Assembly (NCBI RefSeq): GCF_009914755.1
Contig: NC_060926.1
Direction: 5' to 3' (one strand)
Origin: the human T2T-CHM13v2.0 reference genome, Homo sapiens
Length of the DNA: 64,000 nt
Positions within the stretch are counted from its first letter, which is position 1. Each line of letters starts with the position of its first letter. Positions 1 to 21,939 of the stretch are shown here, in pieces. The notes under the pieces are model-generated. The model was not told where the DNA came from and made no database searches. It saw only the letters and a program-made list of their open reading frames with translations. A program made the position numbers and the translations under genes.

Positions 1-262
1 ATGACTTTAAAGTATTTGCCAAGGATGGGGAGGCTGCAAAATCAGCAAAGCTGTGGTTAAGATGGCAAACAACTTTAACCTGGGCGTGAATGAGGATGAC
101 AACATTGAGGAGCTCCTAGAGGTGGTTCCTGAGGAATTGACTAATGAAGAGTTGTTTGAAATGGAATAAGAATGTGTAGCTGAAGAAGAGGCAAGAGAAA
201 AGGAAACTGTAAGAGATATAAAACAAGAACCACCAAGAAAATTCACAGTGAAGGGTTTATCA

Positions 263-611
<349 letters not shown>

Positions 612-1027
612 GTTTGAAAACATAGACCCTAACAGGGAAAGGTTTTCATTAAGAGAGAGGAATGTCCATGGCGCATTACCTGGTTACAAGCAAATCTACA
701 ATTAAAAAATAAAAAAAGAAAGAAATCAAGCAAACCACCTTGAACATATTTCTAAAAAGAGTGACACCACCCCATTAAGAGCCTCAGGCAGGTCCTTCAG
801 GAAGCATTTCAGAAGAAGGCATTGTTATCATAGGAAATGACAGATCAGTGCATGTAATTGATCCTGAAGACCTTCCAGTGGGACAAGATGTAGAGGTGGA
901 AGACAGTGATATTAATGATCCTGACCCTCTATAGGGCTAGACTGATATGTGTGTTTTTATCTTAGTTTGTAACAAAAGTTTTAAAAGTAAAAAAAATAGT
1001 AAAAAATTTTAAAAATAGAAAAAAGCA

Positions 1028-1284
1028 GGCCGGGTGCCATGGCTCATGCCTGTAATCCCAGCAATTTGGGTGGCCGAGGTGGGCAGATGACTTGAAGTCA
1101 GGAGTTCAAGACCAGCCTTGCCAACATGGTGAAACCCTGTCTCTACTAGAAATACAAGAATTAGCACTGGAAATCGCTTGAACCCAGGAGCGAAAGGCTA
1201 CAGTGAGCCGAGATCATGCCATTGTACTCCACTCCAGCCTGGGTTGAGAGCGAGACTCCATCTCAAAAAAAAAAAAAAAAAAAA
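1028..1284 (+). mobile_element. Alu with internal deletion at the start of the right arm
   Basis: Alu left arm, then a jump to aatcgcttgaaccc; A tail. Confidence 0.9.
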
Positions 1285-1420
1285 CACCTTATAGAATAAG
1301 GATATAAAGAAAATATTTTTGTACAGCTATACAATGTATGTTTTAAGATAAGTATTATCACAAAAGAGTCAAAAAGTTAAAGAAAACTTTAAAAGTTTAT
1401 AAAGTAAAAAAGTAGTAGTA

Positions 1421-1733
<313 letters not shown>

Positions 1734-1954
1734 ACGCAACAGTAAGCGAAGGTTAATTTATTATTGAAGAAAAAATTTTAAATATATTTAGTGTAGCCGA
1801 AGTGTCTACCATAGTGTACAGTAATGTCCTAGGCCTTCACATTCACTGACTGACACCCTGAGCAACTTTCAAGTCCTGCAAGCTTCATTCATGGTAAGTG
1901 GTCTATACAGGTATACCATTTTAAATTTTATATGCCATATTTTTACCATGTCTT

Positions 1955-2961
1955 TTCTTTTTTTCATTATACTTTAAGTTCTAGGGTACATGGGCACAAT
2001 GTGCAGGTTTGATACATAGGTATATATGTGCCATGTTGGTTTGCTGCACCCATTAACTCATCACTTATCTTAGGTATTTCTCCTAATGCTATCCCTCCCC
2101 CGGCCCCCCTCCCTAGCAGGCCCCGGTGTGTGATGTTCCCCACCTTGTGTCCAAGTGATCTCATTGTTCAATTCCCACCTATGAGTGAGAACATGTGGTG
2201 TTTGGTTTTCTGTCCTTGTGATAATTTGCTGAGGATGATGGTTTCCAGCTTCATCCATGTCCTTGCAAAGGACATGAACTCATCTTTTTTATGACTGCAT
2301 AGTATTCCGTGGTGTATATGTGCCACATTTGCTTAATCCAGTCTATCACTGATGGACATTTGGGTTGGTTCCAAGTCTGCTATTGTGAATAGTGCCACAA
2401 TAAACATACGTGTTCATATGTCTTTATAGTAGCATGATTTATAATCCTGCGGGTATATACCCAGTAATGGGATTGCTGGGTAATCTAGTTCTAGATCCTT
2501 GAGGAATCGCCACACTGTCTTCCACAATGGTTGAACTAATTTACACTCCCACCAACAGTGTAAAAGCATTCCTATTTCTTCACATCCTCTCCAGCATCTG
2601 TTGTTTCTTGACTTTTTAATGATTGCCATTCTAACTGGCATGAGATGCTATCTCATTGTGGTTTTGATTTGCATTTCTCTGATGATCAGGGATGATGAGC
2701 ATTTTTTCATGTGTCTGTTGGCTGCATAGATGTCTACTTTTGAGAATTGTCTGTTCATATCCTTTGCCCACTTTTTGATGGGGTTGTTTTTTTCTTGTAA
2801 ATTTGTTTAAGTTCTTTGTAGATTCTGGATATTAGCCCTTTGTCAGATGGGTAGATTGCAAAAATTTTCTCCCATTCTGCAGGTTGCCTGTTCACTCTGA
2901 TGGTAGTTTCTTTTGCTGTGCAGAAGCTCTTTAGTTTAATTAGATCCCGTTTGTCTATTTT
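1955..2961 (-). mobile_element. L1PA (about PA6) 5'-truncated, ORF2 end plus 3'UTR
   Basis: ORF2 C-terminal motif [26 protein letters not shown] on minus; L1PA 3'UTR; degenerate TSD ttttac...tcttttc. Confidence 0.9.
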
Positions 2962-2980
2962 TTACTGTATCTTTTCTATG

Positions 2981-3306
<326 letters not shown>

Positions 3307-3785
3307 TCTATATTTAGATATATTTGGATACGCAAATACATACCATTGTGTTCTCATTGCCTATAGTATTCAGTACAGTAACATGCTATACAGGTTTGTA
3401 GCCCAGAAGCAATAGGCCCTATTATATAGCCTAGGTGTGTAGCAGACTATACCACCTAGGTTTGTGTAAGTACACTCTATCATGTTTGCACAATGATGAA
3501 ATCGCCTAATGATGCCTTTCTCAGAATGTATTCTCTTCATTAAGCAACATATGACTGTACTTAATAAATGTAACTCTTATGTGGTCTTTTTTTGGGCCAG
3601 GGGAACTGTAAAAACTTACTGAGACAATGAAGGAAGGCATTGTGAACCAAGAAATTTGGGGAACCTCTGGCCTAATCACTGCTTATCTGTATTCCGTATA
3701 TTCGATATGTTGTATTTTAATTATCGTTCACTTTGAAATGTTTAAAATTTTCCTTGTGATTTATTCTTTGACCTATTGTTATTTA

Positions 3786-4113
<328 letters not shown>

Positions 4114-4778
4114 CTATGTCTTTGCTATTTTTTTGGATTGTTCTATCAATTACTGAGAAAAAGATATTAAAATCTTCAATGATGTTTATAGATTTGTTAG
4201 TTTTTTCATTTAATTCTATCGGTTTTTCTTTATGTATCTTGGAGTTCTGTTTTTAAGTACATACACGTCTTCCTGATGAATTAAATCTTTAATCACTGTG
4301 TAATGTCCCACTGTATCTCTGGCATACTCTGTCTTGAAGACTATATGATCATAAGATAGCCAGTCCAGCTTTTTCATGCTTATTGTTTGCAGGGTATATC
4401 TTTTTACATCTTTTTCTTTTGATCTATCTGTCTTTATATTGAAAGGTCAAATTAGTGAGGGTCTAATCAACAGACAAAAATGATACAGCAATTTGAAGTG
4501 GGAATGCTTAATATAAAGAATTATTAAATAAAACGCGATTGAAATAATGAGAGATTGGCTAGTAGTAAAGAAAACTCTAAAGAATATAGAAATAGCAGAT
4601 ATAAGGAGCAGCCACTGTCCTTAAGGCTGAGATAGGTTGCCCAGAGAAGAATGCCCTTCCTCTCTACTACTACCTCGCATGCCCTTCTTGCCAAGCTGAG
4701 AGCTAGACCTTGTTGAAGAGGGTGGCTCATTGAATGGCAGAGAAGCCAATGTGATGCCACATTAACAGAACTTAATGT

Positions 4779-5085
4779 GGCCAGGCATGGTAGCTCATGC
4801 CTGTAATCCCAACACTTTGGGAAGCCAAGGTGGGTGGATCACCTGAGCAGGAGTTCGAGACCAGCCTGGCCAACATGGTGAAAACCCATCTCTACTAAAC
4901 ATAGAAAAATCAGCTGGGCATGATGGTGGGCACCTGTAATCCAGCTACTTGGGAGGCTAAGGCAGCAGAATCGTTTGAACCTGGGAGGCAGATGTTGCAG
5001 TGAGCCAAGATCACGCCACTGCACTCCATCCCGGGCGACAGAGCGAGACTCTGTTTCTAAAGAATAAATAAATAAATAAATGAAC
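4779..5085 (+). mobile_element. AluS
   Basis: Alu dimer with (taaa)n tail. Confidence 0.92.
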
Positions 5086-5155
5086 AATAAGAAAAACCCC
5101 AGAACTTGCTGGAAATCCACCCTCCAAAACTTGCCAGATACTTACTTTCTTTTCC

Positions 5156-5439
5156 TTTTTTTTTTTTTTTTTTCAGACGGACTCTCGCTCTGTCGCCCAG
5201 GCTGGAGTGCCGTGGCTCGATCTCGGCTCACTCCAAGCTCTGCCTCCCAGGTTCACGCCATTCTCCTGTCTCAGCTTCCTGAGTAGCTGGGACTACAGGC
5301 GCCCGCCACCACGGCCGGCTAATTTTTTGTATTTTTAGTAGAGACGGGGTTTCACCATGTTAGCCAGGATGGTCTAATCCGCCCGCCTCGGCCTCCCAAA
5401 GTGCTGGGGATTACAGGTGTGAGCCACCGCGCCCGGCCC
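5156..5439 (-). mobile_element. AluY
   Basis: Diagnostic gttcacgccattctcc and ttagccaggatgg. Confidence 0.9.
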
Positions 5440-5682
5440 ATCCAGACACTTATTTTCTAGGGTACCAATGAAAGTCGTTAATGCGGAGTGAGTTTTGCTA
5501 GAGGTTTTTTCTGCTATGAAACTGCCTGAGAGGGTATGCAGAAGTTGCTGCCTTCTGTTTACTTCTGACTACTGTGAACTTCAGGAGCTGGGCACTATAG
5601 AAGCTGAAAGTGCCTCAGGTTATCTGCTGAGAGAGCACTACAAAACCAGGAAAGAAAATCCTTTCTTCCTGCAGTGTTTCTC

Positions 5683-5700
5683 TAGTGCCCTCTACTGACA
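5683..5700 (-). promoter_or_regulatory. CTCF-like motif within the ERVL LTR
   Basis: Minus TGTCAGTAGAGGGCACTA resembles the CTCF core CCASYAGRKGGCRS. Confidence 0.35.
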
Positions 5701-6049
5701 AAACTTGGTATTTTGCTAGATGGCAAAGGGAAAATATCTAAAGAACCTAGCTCCATTTTTACAGGACCTGCAATGAAAGGTGAATTTGGGGCTGAGAGGC
5801 AATAAATTGGTAACTGGCACAAGTATGTCTCTTGTAGAAAGCATATAGTTGGGTCTTGTTTTTTTCATTTAGTTTGATAACCTCTGCCAAATTTTGTCCA
5901 TTTAGATTTAATATAAATATCAATAGATTTGGACTTATGTCTATTTGTTTTCTGTTTGTTTCATTGGTTTGTTTTTGTTCCTCTGTTTTTCCTTTGCTGT
6001 TTTCTCTAGAGTCAGTTGGGTATTTTCTTAAAATTACATTTTTAAAATT

Positions 6050-6212
6050 TATTTACTTATTTTTGGAGACATTGTCTCACTCTATCACTCAGGCTGGAGT
6101 ACCTTGGTGTGATAATAGCTCACTGCATCTTCAAACTCCTGGGCTCAAGGAATCCTCTTGTCTCAGCCTTCTGAGTAGCTAGGACTATAGGTGCATGCCA
6201 CCATGCCTGGCT

Positions 6213-6254
<42 letters not shown>

Positions 6255-6709
6255 TAGAGATGGAGGTCTTGCTATGTTGCCCTAGCTGGTATGAACTCCT
6301 GGACCCAAGAAATCCTCTCACCTTGGCTTTTCAGTGTGTTAGAATTGCAGCTGTGAGCCACTGTGCCTGGTCCCATTTTATTTTTCGATATTGGCTTTTC
6401 TGTTATTCTTTGCACCTTTTTTTTTTTGGAGACGGACTCTCGCTCTGTCGCCCAGGCTGGAGTGCAGTGGCGCAATCTCGGCTTACTGCAAGCTCTGCCT
6501 CCTGGATTCACGCCATTCTTCTGCCTCAGCCTCCCGAGTAGCTGGGACTACAGGCACCCGCCACCACTCCTGGCTAATTTTTTTGTATTTTTAGTAGAGA
6601 CGGGGTTTCACTGTGTTAGCCAGGATGGTCTCGATCTCCTGACCTTGTGATCCACCTGCCTCGGCCTCCCAAAGTGCTGGGATTACAGGCTTGAGCCACT
6701 GTGCCCGGC
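6050..6709 (-). mobile_element. AluJ (6050-6373, with expanded internal T run) and AluY (6417-6709)
   Basis: Two reverse Alus with subfamily-diagnostic bases. Confidence 0.9.
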
Positions 6710-6863
6710 CCTATTCTTTGCATTTTTATTTTGAATAGTTGCTCTAGGGATTATAATATATGTCCTTAACTTTTTATAGTCTACCTGGAATTATGATACC
6801 AGTTCATATTACATATAAAAATTTTGCAACCATACAGTTTTATTTACCCCCAATCCTTTATGC

Positions 6864-7079
6864 CAGGGGTTGGCAAACTCTTACTGGTGAGTCAAATCTT
6901 GGCTGTATCTGCTTTTATTTTATTGCAACATAACTACACACATTCACTTATGTATTGTTTATGGCTACTTTCATGCCATGTGATGGTATAGTTGAATAGT
7001 TGTAACAGAGACCACATGGTTTACAGAGCCTAAAATATTTCCTGTCTTACTATTTACAGAAAAAGTTTGTTGACTCCTG
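6864..7079. mobile_element. MER58A (hAT-Charlie MITE)
   Basis: TIRs caggggttggcaaac / gtttgttgactcctg; perfect 8-bp TSD ctttatgc. Confidence 0.85.
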
Positions 7080-7242
7080 CTTTATGCTATAGTTGTCACA
7101 TGTATTATGTATGAGAATGCTGTAGCTACCACAATACTTCGTTACAATTTTGCCTTAAATAGTCATATGTATTTAAATAAAGAGAAAGAAAAGAAAAGAT
7201 AATCTTTTATATTTGCCTACATATTTATTATTTCTGGTGGTC

Positions 7243-7550
7243 TTTTTTTTTTTTTTTTTTTTTTGAGATGGACTCTCATTCTGTCATCCAGGTTGAATGA
7301 AGTGTGGTGGTGTGATCATAGCTCACTGCAGCCTTGAACTCCTGGGCACAAGTGATCCTCCAAACTCAGCCTCCCAAGTGGTGGGTACCACAGGCATGCA
7401 CCACCATGTCCAGCTAATTAAAAAAATTTTTTGTAGGATATGTTGTTGCTTTGTTGCCCAGTCTGGTCTTGAACTCCTAGGCTCAAGCGATCCTCCTGCC
7501 CTGGCTTCCCAAAGTGCTGGGATTACAGGTGTTAGCAACCATACCTGGCC
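7243..7550 (-). mobile_element. AluJ
   Basis: Reverse Alu dimer. Confidence 0.9.
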
Positions 7551-8179
7551 ATCTGGTAGTCTTTATTTCTCCCTGAAGAGCTGAGTTTCCATCTGGTTTC
7601 ATTTTCTTCCAGCCTAAGCTTTTTCCTTTAGCATTTATTGTAGCATAGGTCTGCTGTGATGCATTCTTTTAGTTGTCATTTATCTGAAAATGGCTTTATT
7701 TTGCTTTCATTCTTAAAATATATTTTTACTCAATATAGAATTTTGGGTTGACAGTTTTTTTTAAAAAAAGATTTAAATATTACACCACTGTCTCTGGCTT
7801 CCATTGTTTTAGATGAGAAGTTGTCTATTAAAACTATCATTGTTCTCCTGTAGTAATGAGTCATTTTTCCTTGGTTGCTTTAAAGATTCTTCTCTTTATC
7901 TTTGGTTTTCAGCAGTGATATACCTAGATGTGGTTTTTATTTCTCCTGCTTGAATTTGCTGAGCTTCTTGAAACTGTAAATTTATGTTGTTCACTAGATT
8001 AGGGAAGTTTTTGGCCATCATTCCTGGACAGTTTTTTTTTTAGCTCTCTTTTCTCTTTTTGGTCATTCTGGGGTTCCAATTATATGTAGGGTAGATTGCT
8101 TGATATTGTCCTATAGGTCTCTGAGCCTTTTGTTTTCAATCTTTTTGTCTCCCTGTTTTTCAAACTAGGTAATTTCTAG

Positions 8180-9243
<1,064 letters not shown>

Positions 9244-9797
9244 CTTAAATTTTTAATCTGCTTATTACATGCATATTTTCCTTTATATCTTTTAATATTA
9301 GTTATAATAATTTCTTTAAAATCCTTGTCTGCTAATTCCAACATCTGGGTCATCTTACTGTTAGTCTTTCTTGATTGCAACTCACTACTGGGTTGTGAAA
9401 TAAAATTAAAGGGTTGTGGTCAGCATTACAAGAGAAAATGGATGAAAAATAGAAGTGTGAAAAGTGAAGATGTTATTTTATGGAAAATTTATTTATGTAT
9501 GTATATATAAACATGCATATTCTTTGTCACTGTGTAAAGTGTATTTCTTATTGTGGTTATGGTAAAAAAAATTTGAAAGCCACCAGTAGAAGACAAATGT
9601 GGAGTGGAATCTGTTTTAGAAGAAATACTTCAAATTCTTAGAGCTAGAGTTTTCCTAAGGGAAACAAATGTGTTTATGGTCTAGTGGACACTTTCATTTC
9701 AAAGGAGTAAAAGCACAGGATAGAAGCACTTGCTTGCCATTTGTCAATGCTTGGCTCTCTGCATAAGAACATCCAGGAATTTTATTAAAATATTTAA

Positions 9798-10103
9798 GGC
9801 TGGGCACGGTGGCACATGCCTGTAATCTCAACACTTTGGGAGGACAAGGCAGGCAGATGGCTTGAGCAGGGGCATTTATGACCAGCCTGGGTAATATGGC
9901 AAAAGCCTGTCTCTACAAAAAATACAGAAATTAGCTGGGTGTGGTGGCAGGCGCCTGTAGTCCCAGCTACTCGGGAGGCTGAGAGGTGGGAAGAACCCTT
10001 GAGTCCAGGAGGCTGAGGCTGCAGTGAGCTGAGATCACACTCCAGCCTACGTGACAGAGTGAGACTCTCTCAAACAAAACAAAACAAAACAAAACAAAAC
10101 AAA
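9798..10103 (+). mobile_element. AluJ with (caaaa)n tail
   Basis: Alu dimer. Confidence 0.9.
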
Positions 10104-10254
10104 CATTCAAATAGTTCCTCCTGGACCAGGCTCAGAGGTCCCAAGAGCAGAGCAGGAGTAATCTGCATTTAAAAAGTTCCCCTAGGTGGTCCTTATGCAA
10201 AGGAAAGTTTGAGAACAGAGGCTTACACTACAGATTAGCATCTGAGAAAGAAGT

Positions 10255-10640
10255 GATAATAATGGCTACTATTCATTGAGCTTTGACTTGGATAACTGAA
10301 GCCAGAGAGGTTAAATAATCTACTTGAGGTCACATAGCTTGGAGGTAATTGGTCTGAGACTCTAACTAGGATTATCTACCTCTAAAGCCCTAATTCTGAA
10401 CCACTGAATGGAGCTGAGTCTAAGACGCCAAGTCTGCAGTGAGGCAGGGAAATCACTGGCACCAGCAATGGCTTGACTGGGCTCCACTCTGTCAGCTGTG
10501 TCACCTCAGGCAGATTTTACAAGTTCTCTGGGCTTTGATTCTCTTCTCTGTAAAATGAGGGTCTAATGACTCTACTGGCTCGGGCTTGTGAGGAGTTTGG
10601 GCTGTTGCACATGTTGGGTGAGTGCTATTGGTCCTTGCAT
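10255..10640. mobile_element. MIR fragments
   Basis: MIR core-like actgaagccagagaggttaaataatctacttgaggtcaca and ctctgggctttgattctcttctctgtaaaatgagg. Confidence 0.6.
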
Positions 10641-11304
10641 TCTGCACTTTTATCACACTCTGCCCTTTTCTCAAACTAGAGCAGTAATGAAAGGAGTGTT
10701 GGGGGACACCATAGGCCCTGTTACAGCCAGACTTGCGGGGAGGACCTTAAGGGCTAGGAGGAGTGGAGGCCAACCTTGAGAATACAGGCCAGGCTCCTGG
10801 GGTTGGTTGGTAAAAGCAGGAGAATGCAAAGGGCTTGTTTGGGCCTGGGCAGAGTTTCTGGGCTGAGTTGCCCAGGGCCTTTGTGAAGTTTCCCTGTGCC
10901 TGTGATCTTCATGAGGTCAGGGCAGTCTGCTCTCCACTTGGTTAAAGTATATTTCCAAAGCCGAGGGACTTCATTTCCTTAGTGGGATGTTTTCAGGATT
11001 TGTATTTTCAAGTGAAAAGTGTCGTAGAAGGAGGGCAAAGAATCATTTGATTACTTAATTTTCATGTTTACATAGCATTTGTTTGAAAGTAGTAAGAATC
11101 TAAATTCCAAATGCAGTTACAAAATCAGCCTCCACTTAAACTGGTAAGTGTATTTTAATGAAGTGTAATTTAAAAGCACAAATTTGCATATTGAAATTTG
11201 CCTGAGCCAACTTTTAGAGTATGATCTTCAGAGTACTGGTTTCTAGTATCCTGAGGATATGAAATTCTTTTGAATTGCTTTTCATGGCCTGGAAATGAGC
11301 TTAC

Positions 11305-11487
11305 TTGGTATAATAAGGCTTAGCAAAATGGGGACAACCTAAATCAAACATTCGTTATGATACAGTGCTCCTCAAGTCATTCTCAGAATGGTCTTGTGAA
11401 ACTTTGGAACCCAAATGTCACCATTTTGGAATAGTAAACATATTTGTTCAACAGCTAATCTGTATTTAAATCAACTGGCAGAAGAAC
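11305..11487 (-). pseudogene. Possible decayed coding exon (unassigned; may belong to the minus-strand pseudogene)
   Basis: ttattttaag| acceptor and CAA|gtaagc donor; peptide FKYRLAVEQICLLFQNGDIWVPKFHKTILRMT flanked by stops. Confidence 0.3.
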
Positions 11488-11529
11488 CTTAAAATAACAT
11501 ATGAGAATTTGTCAAATCAGGAATAGATG

Positions 11530-11593
11530 ACTTTCTACTAATACATTCATGCAAAAATCAAACTTTCTACTAATACATTCATGCAAAAATCAA
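11530..11593. repeat. Perfect 32-bp tandem duplication
   Basis: actttctactaatacattcatgcaaaaatcaa x2. Confidence 0.97.
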
Positions 11594-11689
11594 GCTGTAT
11601 TAATACACTTATCATAAGTCCAGCAATTTCAGGACTTCTATAGTCACATAAAGCTGAAGCTGATTTGTTTATTTTAAACCTTTATTAAT

Positions 11690-12500
<811 letters not shown>

Positions 12501-13217
12501 ATGATTGTAATGTGTATTTGCTCAACAGATTAAAAAAACGTGGTCACTATAGAAAAGTAAAGGTAAAATAAGTCATTCTTCGGTTTGCAGCTGTTAGTTT
12601 TAATCATTGAGAACTGTGCCCTAAGAGATGGATGTTGGGCTCAAGTAAAGTGGTCCATCTTCTTTATTGTTCCTGCTCCACACAATTCTGGTTAACTATG
12701 ATAACCTGGTGGCTCCCCAGGGGAAGTACAGCACGCTTGGTAAGTAAGTACTAGTGTACTTGGTAAGATACCAGTAGATATCCAGGTGGGTGTCTTGGGG
12801 CAGGTAGGGCAAGGTCTCCAGGCTCTTTTCACAGACCTGGTGTTCCACCCAAAGAGGCCCCTTGGAGGATGACTTTTTTTGTTCCTGCCTTTTATGGAGC
12901 TGTAATCTTCTGGGGTATAATTCTTGCTCAGTGTGTGTTCTTCTCTTCCAGTGTGATGCTTTAGTTACATTTACAGTTTAAATGAGTGCCTCATTTAAAT
13001 TTCCTGCCCCCAAATTATATGGCATATTGATTTGTAAATGGCTAAATCAACAATAAGTTAGGCAGGTGGTTTCCTCCTTTTTTTTTTTTTTTTTTAGCAT
13101 GATGACCTATTAAATTTTTTTAAATGATGGACTTATTTAAATATATACAAAAGAATGGTATAATGAATCCCAATGGAGCCATTTCTGAGATCTGACAGCT
13201 ATCCATCCATGGGCAAT

Positions 13218-13838
<621 letters not shown>

Positions 13839-14249
13839 AACAATAACTCTTTAATATGATGAAATATCTTCTCGGTATCCACGTTTCCCCAGTTGTCTCA
13901 TAAGAGCTTTGTCATGGTTGGTTTGTTAGAATCAGGGTCTCAATGGAGTAGTTGCATTGCATTTGGCTTATTCATCTTTTAAGTCTCTTCTGTATTTTAC
14001 TAGCCTCCTTTCTTTTCTTGCCATTTGTCCAGTAGAGTTTTTCTATTTTAGATATTTTATTTTGTTTTATCCTTGTGGCGATGTGAATTTTATTTCCATT
14101 GGTGATAAAGGTCAATTTAAGCTATGTGATTTCTTTTGGTATACTTTGATTAAGAAAATACAGAATGACAACAAACTACTATAAATTCAGTAACAGTTTC
14201 AATTTAATTTGTATTTCATGTGAGCAAAACAGCTGAAAAATGGTAGATT

Positions 14250-14746
14250 AGTGGGTTTTCAAACTTTTTGGTCAGGACCCCTTTACACTCTTAAAATTAG
14301 TGAGGAGCCACAAAACATAAAAGCCATTTGTTTATTTAGTGATATTTACTGTATTAGAAATTAAAACTGAAAAATATTTGTTAATTCATTTAAAAATTAG
14401 AACAATTAATCCATTAGATATTAATATAAATAACATGTGTTAGAAAACGAATATTTTACAAAAAAAAAATTAGTGAGAAGCGTGACATTGTTTTACATCT
14501 TTGCAAATCTCTTCAGTGTTTTGCTGGATAGAAGACAGCTGGATTCTTAGATCTACTTCTACATATACTCTGTTATCATAGCGCACACCGTGTCATCTCT
14601 GGAAAACTCTGCTATGTTTTTGACAGATTGGGAGTGAAAAAAGCAAACATCATAGTAGTAGTATGAGAATAGTTTTGACCTCATTATGCCTCTGAAAGGG
14701 TCTTAGCACCCCTGTGGGTTCCTGGGCCACAGTTTGAGAACTACTG
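14250..14746. mobile_element. hAT-Charlie non-autonomous element (Charlie4a-like)
   Basis: TIR-like ends agtgggttttcaaac / gtttgagaactactg; internal sequence resembles the recalled Charlie consensus. Confidence 0.6.
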
Positions 14747-15755
14747 CTGTAGAACATTTCTCTGTGGAAGATATTAGTAGTAGTAGTAGTATGTAAATAA
14801 CGCTTAGTGAACAGGTATATTTGAGGGTCCCTTGCAAATACTTCTCAGCTCATCCTCTCTCTCTGCATCCCAATATTCTTTTCTTTTTACTCCAAGTTTG
14901 GGACTGGCAATACAAAAACATTCTGTGGATGCAAAAATGGCATTTAAAAAAAATTTTATTTTGTAGAGACAGAGCTTCACTGTGTTGCCCAGGCTGGTCT
15001 CAAACTCCTGAGCTCAAGCAATTCTCCTGCCTCAGGTTCCCAAGTGTTGCAATTATAGGCATGAGCCACTGCATCCAGCCAAAAATGGCATTTTAATCAT
15101 ATTCTATGTTTTTAAAAAAAGTCTTTAGTTTATAATAGCTCCCCATCCCCGGCTCCTTAACTTTCTCCTACGAGTACAAATGTAGGTAATAGAGTGGAAG
15201 CAGCCCCCAACTAGAAGTCTGAAATGTGGACTCTAGTCCCAGGTCGGCTTCTAACAAACTGAGTGGCCTTGGGCAAGTCATTTACTCTCTCTGTCCTTCT
15301 ATTTCTTTAGCTGTAAAGTATAGAAAATGGGTCAGGTGATTTTAAGGCTTTTTCCTGATCCCAGATCTAAGACATCTTCTTACTGCTCATTAATAAGCCC
15401 ATTCTGATATTTCCTCTAGCTCAGGGATGTAACATTAGCCTAACATCTAATGAAGGGTGGGAGGAGGGAGAAGAGAAGAAAAGATAACTATTTGGTACTG
15501 GGCTTAATACCTGGATGATGTAATAATATGTACAACAAACCCCATGACACAGTAGGAGTCCATGGTAACCCCACGAAAGGGAGTTAGGACTCTTTTTGAT
15601 GAGTCAGAGAGAAAAAAGGGTTGAATATGCTTTGGCTGACCAGGACCAGGATGATGAGATGTAGACACACCTCCTCAAGGAGTTTTGCAAGACGTCCCAC
15701 CCACATCAACAGGTAGCCTAAGAACAAGAAGCCTGACATTTTTTTTTTCTCCTAA

Positions 15756-16052
<297 letters not shown>

Positions 16053-16095
16053 TCTCCTAAGATCTTTATAACCTTCTAAACTCCATTCCCTAAGG

Positions 16096-16367
16096 CTGTG
16101 GTCAGCAAGCTATGGCCTGGGCACTAAGAATAATGTTTACATTTTCAAATGGTTGAAAAAAAAACCAAAAGAAGAATAATATTTTGTGACACATAAAAAT
16201 TATATAAAAATAAAACTTCAGTGTCTATTAGTAAAGTTTTATTGGAACACAGACACATTCATCCATTTATGCAGCATCTGCTTTTGGGCTGCCATGGCAG
16301 AGTTGAGTAGTATGGCTTGCTAATATATATTATCTGGCCCTTTACAGAACAAGTTTGCAAACCCCAG
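16096..16367. mobile_element. MER58B (hAT-Charlie MITE)
   Basis: MER58-type body; near-TSD ccctaagg/ccctaatg. Confidence 0.75.
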
Positions 16368-16435
16368 CCCTAATGCAAACTTATAATTTGCATTTTATGG
16401 GTGCTCTTTTAAGGGCTATCTACAGCCAACAAATA

Positions 16436-19826
<3,391 letters not shown>

Positions 19827-20122
19827 TTTTTTTTTTTTTTTTTTGAGACGGAGTTTCATTCTTGTCGCCCAAGCTGGAGTACAGTGGCACAATCTTGGCT
19901 CACTGCAATCTCCTGGGTTCAAGCGATTCTCTTGCCTCAGCCTCCCGAGTAGCTGAGATTACATGTGCCCACCACCATGCCCCAGCCAACTTTTGTATTT
20001 TTAGTAGAGATAGGGTTTCACCATGTTGGCCAGCCTGGTCTTGAGCTCCTGACTTCAAGTGATCTGCCTGCCTCAGCCTCCTAAAGTGCTGGGATTACAG
20101 GCGTAAGCCACCGCGCCTGGCC
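19827..20122 (-). mobile_element. AluS without TSD at the Tigger1 break
   Basis: Reverse Alu with unrelated flanks. Confidence 0.9.
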
Positions 20123-20807
20123 CCTGACAACTTTAATTAGGCTTCTGGATCCCTGTTGTATAAAAGTGTGAAGGCTGTAGAGGTGCTCTTCTGTGACACA
20201 CCCCTATCCTGGCTTCCCTTACAGAATTCCTCAAATTCAAAACCAGCTGCACTCTCTGCTTTCCATTTCCAAAGCCTTTCTACCTGCAGCAATTGTTGAG
20301 AGCAGAGGGAGGAGGATGGGCTGTGTGCCTGTTTTTTTTTGTTTTTTGTTTTTTTTTTTTAACTAGGGCAAAGTCTCTTACCTAAATCAGTAGAGCAGCT
20401 TCAAATGTGCAGTTTTGCACACCCCTCTGCATGATCCAGAACGCTCCCGGTGCGCTGCTGCCTCAGAACCTTTGCTTGCAGTATTGCCATGCTCTTCCTC
20501 CAGAGAGCGGCCTCCCCACTCCTTCACTTCTCAGTTCTTTACTCAAATATACCTCAGAGAGGTCTCCCAGACAGGATGTTGGCTATGTACCACACATTTC
20601 CTATCCCCTTCCCTGATTTATTTTCATTGTTAGCAGTTTGTACATAGTAAATATACCTTTTGCTTATTTCTCTTATTTATTTTCTGTCTTCCCAAACCAA
20701 ATATAGGCAGAGATTTTTGTGCCAGTGTCTGATATACAAAAGATACTCTATAAATACATCTTGAATGAATGAATGAATAAATATCAAGCACATGTACAAT
20801 TATATAG

Positions 20808-21846
<1,039 letters not shown>

Positions 21847-21939
21847 ACCAAACTCTTTTAAATCAGTCATTTACTGATGGTCATTAGGATGTTGAAAATT
21901 TTACAATTTCCTACAACAAATCAAGAAAAATAATGCAGT

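Larger units (their letters stand above)
4445..5821 (-). mobile_element. ERVL-class solo LTR (LTR41/LTR52/LTR33 group), interrupted by two Alus
   Basis: Minus strand begins tgtgccagttaccaatttattgcctctcagccccaaattcacc, matching the recalled LTR41-group 5' end. Confidence 0.65.
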
